Part shown: positions 39,263-46,966 of the stretch, one piece after another
How positions within the stretch are numbered: the first letter of the stretch is position 1
Layout: every line of letters starts with the position of its first letter
Source of the DNA: Candidatus Acidiferrum sp.
GTDB taxonomy: Bacteria > Acidobacteriota > Terriglobia > Acidiferrales > UBA7541
Reading direction: 5' to 3'
Assembly (NCBI GenBank): GCA_049512575.1
Contig: JBEKWY010000007.1
Location: forward strand, 1,570-65,569
DNA: 64,000 bases
The notes under the pieces: generated by a model
Told to the model about the DNA's origin: nothing
Database searches by the model: none
What the model saw: the letters and a program-made list of their open reading frames with translations, nothing else
Made by a program: the position numbers and the translations under genes

Positions 39263-39295
39263 GACCAAATTCAGGTTTAGTGCGATGATAGTTTT

Positions 39296-39667
39296 GTGCC
39301 CATTAAGACTTACAAAGACCTTAACGTCTTTGGCGAGTCGTACCGTCTCGCCCTCGACGTTTCTCGCGCAGCCCGAACTTTTCCCGCGCCCGAGCAGTTT
39401 GAGATGGTTCGGCAACTCCGGAGGTCCGCGCGCTCGGTCCCAGCAAATATTGTCGGGGGCTGGGCGAAGCGTTCCTCGGTCGCCGAATTCAAGCGGTATT
39501 TGCAGGTGGCCATTAGCTCTTGTGATGAATGCAAGCTTTGGCTGGAGATGAGCCGGGACGAGGGCTATCTTTCGGCCACCGAATGCGATCAGCTTTCAAA
39601 TCGCTTCAATGTAGTCGGCGCGATGCTCAAAAGTTTGTGGAAGCAGTGGCAAACCTACCCGAGGTAG
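39296..39667 (+). CDS. Four-helix-bundle protein (23S rRNA-intervening-sequence protein family)
   Basis: IKTYKDLNVF..Y.LAL.V, EQFEMVRQLRRSARSVPANI.GGW.KR, EFKRYLQVAISSCDECKLWL pattern; GTG start. Confidence 0.9.
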   Translation: MPIKTYKDLNVFGESYRLALDVSRAARTFPAPEQFEMVRQLRRSARSVPANIVGGWAKRSSVAEFKRYLQVAISSCDECKLWLEMSRDEGYLSATECDQLSNRFNVVGAMLKSLWKQWQTYPR

Positions 39668-39682
39668 GTCTTTGAATTCATC

Positions 39683-39714
39683 GTTACTTCGTTACATCTT
39701 TACGTCATTACTTC
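39683..39714 (-). repeat. Degenerate inverted octamer array x4
   Basis: GTTACTTC GTTACATC TTTACGTC ATTACTTC, the reverse complement of GAAGTAAT-like units. Confidence 0.85.
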
Positions 39715-39733
39715 GCTTTCTTAGGAGCATACC

Positions 39734-40153
39734 TTGTCTCTCGAACGCACCTTCGCCATCATCAAACCCGACGCCGTAAGCCGCAACCAGCAAGGCGAAA
39801 TCCTAGCCCGCATCCACAAAGCCGGCTTTACTATCGTCGCCATAAAATCCATGCGCCTCACCAAAGAAGAAGCCGGCGGCTTTTACGCCGTCCACAAAGC
39901 CCGCCCCTTCTTCGGCGAACTAACCGACTTCATGTCCTCCGGAAAAATTTTCGCCATGGTCCTCGAAGCCGATGGCGCCATAACAAAATGGCGCGACACC
40001 ATGGGCGCCACCGACCCCAAAAAAGCCGCCCCCGGCACCATTCGCCACGATCTCGGCACCAGCATCGGCAACAACTGCACCCACGGCTCCGACGCCCCGG
40101 ACACTGCCGCCTTCGAAATCAACTATTTCTTCCCCGGCCTAAATCTGATCTAG
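39734..40153 (+). CDS. ndk: Nucleoside diphosphate kinase
   Basis: [35 protein letters not shown]; TTG start after AGGAG. Confidence 0.97.
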   Translation: MSLERTFAIIKPDAVSRNQQGEILARIHKAGFTIVAIKSMRLTKEEAGGFYAVHKARPFFGELTDFMSSGKIFAMVLEADGAITKWRDTMGATDPKKAAPGTIRHDLGTSIGNNCTHGSDAPDTAAFEINYFFPGLNLI

Positions 40154-40158
40154 CCACG

Positions 40159-40194
40159 ACATCGAGCCGCGACAACATCGAGCCGCGCAACATC
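40159..40194 (+). repeat. Short direct repeat, period 16 (ACATCGAGCCGCG x2 plus partial)
   Basis: Copies at 40159 and 40175, partial AACATC at 40189. Confidence 0.6.
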
Positions 40195-40213
40195 CCAAGT
40201 ATGGGCCATGATC

Positions 40214-40254
40214 GGGCGCAGCCCGTCTGCGGCAGGCAGGCATCGCTGCGCCCC
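40214..40254. repeat. REP-like palindrome with enlarged loop
   Basis: GGGCGCAGC ... GCTGCGCCCC arms enclosing CCGTCTGCGGCAGGCAGGC. Confidence 0.55.
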
Positions 40255-40335
40255 AGGCCCGCGCGATCCTAACCATGTCGACACCCGCATTTTTCTTGTT
40301 TTTTCCTTTTCCCATCAGTCGTTCCGAACTCTGTT

Positions 40336-40360
40336 TTTCTCCGTGGCTCCGTGGCTAATC
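40336..40360 (+). repeat. Dispersed 25-nt motif TTT(CTCYGTGS)2CTAATC, copy 1
   Basis: Second copy at 44190-44214. Confidence 0.65.
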
Positions 40361-40421
40361 TCTTGAAACTCGTCCCGCTCATCTTTGCGCCAGCCCCGCA
40401 TTCTTGACTACACTTCTTCGC

Positions 40422-40655
40422 ATGGATCCCATCCGCGACCTGGGCCGCCTCCTCCTGATCCTGGGCCTCACGCTCTCCGCCGCAGGCGCTCTCCTCTATT
40501 TCAACGCCCGCCTCCCCTTCCGCCTGGGCCGACTACCCGGCGACATCATCCATCGCGGCGAACACACCACCTTCTACTTTCCCATCGCCACTTCCATCCT
40601 CCTCAGCATCGCCCTCTCCCTCGTCCTCTGGCTCGTGTCACACTTCCGCCGCTGA
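40422..40655 (+). CDS. DUF2905-like small membrane protein
   Basis: LGRLPGDII..GEHTTFYFPIATSILLSIALSLV motif; TACACT 7 nt before ATG. Confidence 0.85.
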   Translation: MDPIRDLGRLLLILGLTLSAAGALLYFNARLPFRLGRLPGDIIHRGEHTTFYFPIATSILLSIALSLVLWLVSHFRR

Positions 40656-40742
40656 CATCGCGATCCCGACGAGTCCGCTGGCAGGTCCGGAGACGCCGAA
40701 TGGCGATGAATCCCCACCCATCCACTGCTGCTCATACGGTAT

Positions 40743-40767
40743 GTAGGCGCCGGGCTTCAGCCCGGCG
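40743..40767 (+). repeat. GTAG-type REP-like palindrome
   Basis: GTAGG-CGCCGGGC-TTCA-GCCCGGCG. Confidence 0.65.
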
Positions 40768-40958
40768 TTCCATCCATTCTTCACAAACCCGCATTTACTG
40801 TTCAGCACCTCCGCCCTCGCGCCCCTGATGCGCGGCGCAAGAATCGTGGTAGCATTTTTCCTGCAGCACCCCCCTTCCAAGAACGCCGTTCGCTCCCCCC
40901 CGCGAAAGGCTCCGCCAACAAGGCAGGTAAGCGCCCGATTCTCCTGGCGCAAGATGCG

Positions 40959-43900
40959 ATGATCTCTGGGATAACCCCGCTTCACACGCGCCTTCGTTCG
41001 TTCGCGTTCGCCGCCGGCATTGTCGCCATGTTCGTTTCCACAGCTGTCTTATTAGGCTGGGCCGCGCACATCCCCTGGTTAACCAATTTGTCTCCGCGCT
41101 TCATCACCATGAAGCCGGTCACTGCGCTGTGTTTTTTTCTCTCTGGCCTTTCGCTCTCGCTGCTTGCGCCTCTATCGTCCGCTTCCACTGCCCGCGGCCG
41201 CGCGGCCCAGGGCATGTCTCTTTTTGTGGTTCTCATCGGCGTGGCCACGACGATTGAATTCGCCGCGGGCGTAAATCTTCACTTCGAGAATCTCCTGTTC
41301 GGCAGTGCGCTCGATGCTACCGGCATTCCCGATCCCGGGCGCCTCTCGCTTGGCTCCGGAATCGGTTTTGCTCTACTCGGCCTCGCAATGCTCCTGATTG
41401 ATGTCGAATTCCGTGATGGTGTGAGGCCCGCTCAATATTTTTCTCTCTGCGTTGCATATCTATCCCTGCTCCATCTGTTGGGCTATCTCTACGACGTCGA
41501 CGATCTCTATCGCACCTTCCGCCAGAATTCTATGGCCCTCCACACTGCGGCGCTCTTTTTTGTCCTTAGCCTCGGAGTCCTGGCCGCCCGGCCCGACCGT
41601 GGTCTCGCCGCCGTCTTCAACGCACCGGGTATCGCAGGTCGAATGGCCCGGCGTGTACTACCCAGCGCCGCGATTCTGACCGTCACAATCGCCTGGATCC
41701 GATTCTTTTTCGAGCGCCACGGTTTCTACGGCACCGGCTTTGGCCTGGCGATTTTCGCTTCCGCGAACGTCACCATCTTTTCGGTGCTGGTGTTCTTGGC
41801 GGCTCGCTCGCTCAACGCTTCAATCGAACAACTCAACGCCACCAGTGGCGATCTCGCCGTAATTAACGAGCGCGCCAATCGCGCCAATTTTCGCCTCGCC
41901 GCCATTATCGAATCCTCCGACGACGCCATCATCAGCAAGACTCTCGAAGGCATCATCACCAGCTGGAACGCCGGCGCCGAACGCATCTTCGGATATTCCT
42001 CCGTCGAAGCTGTCGGGAAGCCCATGACCATGCTCTTGCCACCCGAGCGTTTTTCGGAAGAAACCGAGATCCTCCAGCGCATTGCCAGAGGGGAATCTGT
42101 CAATCACTTCGAATCTATCCGCGTTCGCAAGGACGGAAAAGCCGTTCTCGTCTCCGTAACCATTTCTCCGTTGCGCGACGCCACCGGCGCCATTATCGGC
42201 GCCTCCAAAATCGCCCGCGACATCAGCGAAACCCGCCGCAACGAACAATCCATCCAGGAACAGGAAGCCCGCCTCTCCGCTATCATCGGTTCGGCCATGG
42301 ACGCCATCATTACCGTGGACGCCGGTCAGCTCATCACCATGTTCAACCCTGCCGCCGAAGCCATGTTCGAGTGCAGCGCTTCGGACGTCATCGGCATCTC
42401 CCTCGAACGCTTCCTTCCCGCTCGCTTCCGCGCCGAACATGCCGAACACATCCGCACCTTTGGCGAAACCCAGGTCACCCGCCGCCGCATGGGTCGCATG
42501 GGCTCGATCTACGGCGTGCGTTCCACCGGCGAAGAGTTCCCCATCGAAGCCTCCATCTCCAAGACCGAAGTCGGTGGCGAAAAGCTCTTCACCGTCATCC
42601 TTCGCGACATCACAGAAAGCAAACGCGCCGACGAAGCCTTGCGCCAGCAGGCCGGTTTACTCGACCTCACTCCCGTTTTTGTGCGCGACCTGGACTCCAA
42701 TATCATTCTCTGGACTCGTGGCGCCGAGCGCCTCTATGGCTATTCAAAACAGGAAGCCATCGGTCGGCTATCCCATGAATTGTTGCAGACCCAGTTTCCG
42801 GCCCCGCTCCAGCAGGTCGAACATACCCTTCATGCGGAGGGCGCTTGGGAAGGCGAGCTCGGCCACCGCACCCGCGATGGCCGTCAAGTTTTTGTCCATA
42901 GCCAATGGGTCATCCACCACGACTCCCAGGGCAAGCCCGCCGGCATCCTCGAGGTAAACGCCGATCTCACCGATCTCAAACGCGCGCAAGCCCTGCAGAT
43001 GCGCTCTCAAAAATTGGAATCTCTCGGCACCCTCGCCGGCGGCGTCGCCCATGACTTCAACAACATCTTGCTCGCCATCAACGGCAACGCCAGGTTGGCC
43101 CTCGAGGATCTGGCGCCGGATCATTCCGCGCGGCAGAGCTTGTCCGAAATCGCCAGGGCCGGAGCCCGCGCAGCGGACTTGGTCCGCCGCATTCTCTCGT
43201 TCAGCCGGCCCCAGGAACAAAACCGCGAGCCTCAGCCGGTTCAGCCTGTTGTCGAGGAAGCCCTCAAGCTGGTTCGTGCTACCCTCCCGGCTTCGGTCCA
43301 GATTGAGAGCTTTTTCAGTCCCGATCTGCCCCCCGTTGCCGTGGATGCCACCCAGCTTCACCAGGTCATCGTCAATCTCGCCACCAACGCCTCTCACGCC
43401 ATCGGCGACAAACCCGGCATCATCACCGTTCGCCTTACGGATCGGAACATCACCGAAGACGATCTCGTGGCCACCCCCAACTTGCACCAGGGTCGCTACG
43501 TCTGCCTTTCCGTCGGCGACAACGGCTGTGGCATGGACCGCGCTACGCTCGACCGCGTCTTCGATCCCTTCTTCACCACCAAACCCGTCGGCCAAGGTAC
43601 CGGCCTCGGCCTCTCCGTCGTCCACGGCATCGTCGCCAGCCATGGTGGCGCCGTCACGGCCTATAGCCAGCCCGGAAAAGGAACTTCTTTTGTTCTTTAT
43701 TTTCCGGCCGCGGAAGCTCCGGCCTCCGCTCTGGCTCCTGTCGCGGCCAAGCCAATCGAGCGCGGCCGCCAGGAAAATATCCTCTACGTCGACGATGAAG
43801 AGGCTCTCGTCATGCTGGGCACCCTTTTCCTGCGACGCCTCGGATATCAGGTCACCGGTCAAGTCGACGCCAACGCCGCTCTCTACGCTTTCCGCGAGCA

Positions 43901-44153
43901 CCCAGACCAATTCGCCGCCGTCGTCACCGACCTTTCCATGCCCGGCATGTCCGGTTTCGATCTCGCCCGCGAAGTCCACAAACTCCGTCCAGAACTCCCC
44001 ATCCTCATGACCTCCGGCTACGTCCGCCCCGAAGATCAAAAGGCTGCCGAAGCTCTTGGCATCGCCCGCATCGTCCTCAAACCCTCCACCATCGACGCCT
44101 TGGGCCAAGCCCTCGACGAAGTCCTCCACCCCAAACCGACTTCGACGTCGTAG
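40959..44153 (+). CDS. Hybrid sensor histidine kinase (multi-TM, 3 PAS, HisKA, HATPase, receiver)
   Basis: PAS starts AIIESSDDAII and AIIGSAMDAIITVD; H-box AGGVAHDFNNIL; QVIVNLATNA; DNGCGM; FFTTK..GTGLGL; receiver VTDLSMPGMSG. Confidence 0.95.
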   Translation: MISGITPLHTRLRSFAFAAGIVAMFVSTAVLLGWAAHIPWLTNLSPRFITMKPVTALCFFLSGLSLSLLAPLSSASTARGRAAQGMSLFVVLIGVATTIEFAAGVNLHFENLLFGSALDATGIPDPGRLSLGSGIGFALLGLAMLLIDVEFRDGVRPAQYFSLCVAYLSLLHLLGYLYDVDDLYRTFRQNSMALHTAALFFVLSLGVLAARPDRGLAAVFNAPGIAGRMARRVLPSAAILTVTIAWIRFFFERHGFYGTGFGLAIFASANVTIFSVLVFLAARSLNASIEQLNATSGDLAVINERANRANFRLAAIIESSDDAIISKTLEGIITSWNAGAERIFGYSSVEAVGKPMTMLLPPERFSEETEILQRIARGESVNHFESIRVRKDGKAVLVSVTISPLRDATGAIIGASKIARDISETRRNEQSIQEQEARLSAIIGSAMDAIITVDAGQLITMFNPAAEAMFECSASDVIGISLERFLPARFRAEHAEHIRTFGETQVTRRRMGRMGSIYGVRSTGEEFPIEASISKTEVGGEKLFTVILRDITESKRADEALRQQAGLLDLTPVFVRDLDSNIILWTRGAERLYGYSKQEAIGRLSHELLQTQFPAPLQQVEHTLHAEGAWEGELGHRTRDGRQVFVHSQWVIHHDSQGKPAGILEVNADLTDLKRAQALQMRSQKLESLGTLAGGVAHDFNNILLAINGNARLALEDLAPDHSARQSLSEIARAGARAADLVRRILSFSRPQEQNREPQPVQPVVEEALKLVRATLPASVQIESFFSPDLPPVAVDATQLHQVIVNLATNASHAIGDKPGIITVRLTDRNITEDDLVATPNLHQGRYVCLSVGDNGCGMDRATLDRVFDPFFTTKPVGQGTGLGLSVVHGIVASHGGAVTAYSQPGKGTSFVLYFPAAEAPASALAPVAAKPIERGRQENILYVDDEEALVMLGTLFLRRLGYQVTGQVDANAALYAFREHPDQFAAVVTDLSMPGMSGFDLAREVHKLRPELPILMTSGYVRPEDQKAAEALGIARIVLKPSTIDALGQALDEVLHPKPTSTS

Positions 44154-44189
44154 GGAGACGGAGCCAGGAGGTTGTTCTCAGAGCTCTCC

Positions 44190-44214
44190 TTTCTCTGTGC
44201 CTCCGTGCCTAATC
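44190..44214 (+). repeat. Dispersed 25-nt motif TTT(CTCYGTGS)2CTAATC, copy 2
   Basis: Matches 40336-40360 in same orientation. Confidence 0.65.
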
Positions 44215-44354
44215 CCTCCGTTCTATGCTGAATCTTGCCAACTATCGGTCTACGGGCGCGGCGCGTAAGGATACGCTGGAACCGGCCACGACCGCCCAAT
44301 CCAACCCGTGAAAACTCCGCCGCTCCACTCGTGCGTGATCATCGCAAATCGTCC

Positions 44355-44384
44355 TTGACAACGATGGTATCTATATGGTAATAT
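44355..44384 (+). promoter_or_regulatory. Near-consensus sigma70 promoter upstream of repeat array
   Basis: TTGACA-N18-TAATAT with TGn extended -10. Confidence 0.65.
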
Positions 44385-44425
44385 GCGTTGTGTTTACTCA
44401 GACACAATCAACGCTTCGGTCCTGC

Positions 44426-44753
44426 CGCTCGCTCTTTTGCTCTTATCCGCAAAAACGGCATATCGTAAGTCCTTTGCCTGCCACTCTTACGGGCTCCGCT
44501 TCCTGTAAGTCCTTTCCCTGCCGCTCTCTTGCCCCGAGCGCCGAGGGGTACGAAAACACCCGGAGTGGCATGCCGCCCGATGCACATTTTCCTGCCTCTT
44601 ATTCACTATCCACCACTCACTATTCACTAAGTCCTTTAGAATCCGCACTTCCGAAAAACGGCCGCGTAACTCGTTTAGAATCCGCAGATCCAAAAACATT
44701 AGACTTAAAGTCCTTTAGAATCCGCACTTACGAAAAAGGGAGGGGGGAGGGGG
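44426..44753 (+). repeat. Composite array of ~40-bp periodic units (two triplets) ending in G-rich tails
   Basis: Units start at about 44426, then 44466, 44506, 44628, 44667, 44707; shared TAAGTCCTTT-N10-CTTACG frame; TTTAGAATCCGCA identical in the last three. Confidence 0.85.
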
Positions 44754-44821
44754 TAAATTGTTAACTAAAAATCCTTCCCGTAGTGCTGCTGAGCACATCC
44801 CTAACTTCCAGCGGTCGGCTG

Positions 44822-44842
44822 CTTGCCCTGAACGTCGAAGGG
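44822..44842 (+). repeat. 21-nt mini-element, copy 2 (copy 1 at 44528-44548)
   Basis: CTTGCCCTGAACGTCGAAGGG vs CTTGCCCCGAGCGCCGAGGGG, 17/21 identical. Confidence 0.7.
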
Positions 44843-44862
44843 TCGACCTCGTCGGTTTCACC

Positions 44863-44911
44863 GGTCACCAGTCACTAGTCACCAGTCACCGCTTCTTAGT
44901 CACCAGTCACC
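44863..44911 (+). repeat. Heptamer tandem array (AGTCACY), 7 periods with one degenerate
   Basis: GGTCACC AGTCACT AGTCACC AGTCACC GCTTCTT AGTCACC AGTCACC, ending 4 nt before the xseA ATG. Confidence 0.85.
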
Positions 44912-44915
44912 GAAA

Positions 44916-46412
44916 ATGAGCCAGCTCCAGTTCAACCTCGTGCCCGACCGCCGCGTCTTCTCCGTCAGCGAGCTGACCGGAAGAATCCGCGAACTTCTGA
45001 CCCGCAACTTCACCGACATTCTCGTCGAGGGCGAACTCTCCAACTGCCAGTTTCCGCAATCCGGCCACATGTACTGCACGTTGAAAGATGACCGCGCCCA
45101 GATCCGCTGTGTCTGCTTCAAGAACCAGTTGCGGCTCATGAAGTTCCGTCCCGAAAATGGCCTCCACGTCACGGTGCGCGGCTCCATCAGCGTCTACGAA
45201 ACCCGCGGCGAATATCAGATCTACATCGAGAGCATCGAGCCAGTCGGCCTCGGCGCGCTGCAACTGGCCTTCGACCAGCTGAAAAAACGTCTGGAAGCCG
45301 AAGGCCTGTTCGCCGCCGAGCGAAAAAAGCCGCTCCCGATGCTCCCGCGCTGCATAGGCCTGATCACCTCTCCGACCGGCGCGGCCGTCCGCGACGTCGT
45401 GCGCATCTTGCGCCGCCGCTTCCACAACGTGTACTTGACCTTGTATCCCGTTCGCGTTCAAGGCGATGGCGCTGCTCTGGAAATCGTCCGCGCCCTGCAA
45501 TTCTTCAATCGCCAGCAAACAGTAGACGTCCTGATCCTGGCCCGCGGCGGAGGCTCGCTCGAAGATCTCTGGGCGTTCAACGAAGAAACGGTCGCGCGCG
45601 CCGTCTCCGATTCCGTAATTCCGGTCATCTGTGGCATCGGCCACGAAACCGATTTCACCATCGCCGACTTTGTCGCCGACGTGCGCGCCTCCACACCTTC
45701 CGCCGCGGCCGAACTCGTCGTGCAAACTCGCCGCGAGTTCGACAAACACGTCGCCGAGCTCCGTGGCGCCTTGGCCGAGCAGATGCGCTATCGCATCCTC
45801 GTCCTCAGCCGCCGCGTTCACGAATTCGCCGGCCGTCGCGGCTTCCGTCGCCCGCTCGATCTATTGCGCCAGCAACGCCAGCGCGCAGACGAAATGACGT
45901 CACGCCTTGCTCGCGGCCTGCGCGCCAACCTCGAACTGTCCCGCAAGCGCTTCACCGCCGGCCACTTGCGCATCATTTCCTTCGATTTTCGCAAGCAGAT
46001 CGCCGCCTTCCGCCAGCGCTCCAACGACTTCACCGCTCGCCTCGAGCTGGGCCTCCGCGCGAGGATGGACCAAGGCCGCCGCCGCCACTCCACCCAACAC
46101 TTGCGTCTGTTGTCGTTTGATTTCCGCGCCAAGATCGCCGGCCTGCACCGCCAGCTAGAAAAGCGCGACCACGAGCTGGCCGTCCGCTGCGAACGCATCC
46201 TCCGCACCCAGCGCGACCGCCTCGACCGGCTGCGCCTACAACTCGAAGAGCGCAGCCCCACCCGCGTCCTGGAACGCGGCTACGCCATAGCGACCGACGC
46301 CGCCGGCCAAATCCTCCGCGACGCCACCCAAGTCGCCATCGGCGACTCGGTAGCCCTGCAGCTCCACCGTGGCCGCCTCACCACCCAAGTCAAAGGAAAG
46401 ACCGAGAAATGA
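44916..46412 (+). CDS. xseA: Exodeoxyribonuclease VII large subunit
   Basis: VEGELSN, SGHMYCTLKD, GLITSPTGAAVRDV, ARGGGSLEDLWAFN, GIGHETD, RASTPSAAAE, LERGYA. Confidence 0.97.
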   Translation: MSQLQFNLVPDRRVFSVSELTGRIRELLTRNFTDILVEGELSNCQFPQSGHMYCTLKDDRAQIRCVCFKNQLRLMKFRPENGLHVTVRGSISVYETRGEYQIYIESIEPVGLGALQLAFDQLKKRLEAEGLFAAERKKPLPMLPRCIGLITSPTGAAVRDVVRILRRRFHNVYLTLYPVRVQGDGAALEIVRALQFFNRQQTVDVLILARGGGSLEDLWAFNEETVARAVSDSVIPVICGIGHETDFTIADFVADVRASTPSAAAELVVQTRREFDKHVAELRGALAEQMRYRILVLSRRVHEFAGRRGFRRPLDLLRQQRQRADEMTSRLARGLRANLELSRKRFTAGHLRIISFDFRKQIAAFRQRSNDFTARLELGLRARMDQGRRRHSTQHLRLLSFDFRAKIAGLHRQLEKRDHELAVRCERILRTQRDRLDRLRLQLEERSPTRVLERGYAIATDAAGQILRDATQVAIGDSVALQLHRGRLTTQVKGKTEK

Positions 46413-46414
46413 CA

Positions 46415-46659
46415 CTAGCGATAAATCTCTCGGCGGTGTCCAACATCCACCACGGTGACAATCTTGGTCGTGTCGTCGATTCTGTAAATGATCCGGTCAT
46501 TGCCAAGGCGTATCCGCCAGGCATCGCGGGCGGTCAGTTTCTTGAGAGCCGTTTGGCCCGAAGTTCGTCAATCTTGGATTCAATACCGTAGGATTGCTGC
46601 GGGGGCAGCGCGTCCAGTTGTTTTCTGGCTCGCGGCAGGATGAAAACTCTATAGCTCAC
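46415..46659 (-). pseudogene. Frameshifted RelE/ParE-family toxin
   Basis: GTG start overlaps the antitoxin stop: MSYRVFILPRARKQLDALP..., stop after ..LSRN. The C-half LKKLTARDAWRIRLGNDRIIYRIDDTTKIVTVVDVGHRREIYR* is in another frame. Span is 245 nt, not a multiple of 3. Confidence 0.85.
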
Positions 46660-46853
46660 TTCGGCGGGTGCAATTCAGACACGGTGCGCTCGAACGGCAC
46701 TGCCGCTTCCCCAGATGCCTCCGCTTCGTCGAACGCCCGAATCTCGTCCAACTCTTCCAACTGTTCGCGGAGTTTCTCGTATTCCTCAATACTGATGACC
46801 ACGGCAATTTTCTCGCCGTCTTTGTTAGTCAGGAATTGGGTCGGTTCAGTCAT
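46656..46853 (-). CDS. Type II antitoxin (65 aa, acidic)
   Basis: QFLTNKDGEKIAVVISIEEYEKL..LEELDEIRAFDEA; directly upstream of and coupled to the RelE-like frame. Confidence 0.8.
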   Translation of the reverse strand: MTEPTQFLTNKDGEKIAVVISIEEYEKLREQLEELDEIRAFDEAEASGEAAVPFERTVSELHPPK

Positions 46854-46966
46854 GGTCTCCACCTACAAGGGATTTTACTCCTACAGGGACGCAAAGTGGA
46901 GACCATCTAGAAGCCACCGGACAAAGCATAAACGGCGAACGACTGCCTCGGTCGCGGTCGAAAGGG

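Noticed and set aside
39231-39714. Diversity-generating retroelement (Avd-like gene)
   Set aside because: No reverse transcriptase and no TR/VR pair with adenine-specific mismatches in the window.
44426-44753. CRISPR array
   Set aside because: Inter-unit gaps are 7-9 bp rather than about 30-40, units are degenerate, and there are no cas genes.
44375-44764. 129-aa ORF across the repeat array
   Set aside because: Its ATG overlaps the predicted -10 box, there is no RBS, and unit periods of 40 bp do not preserve frame, so the repeats are not protein repeats.
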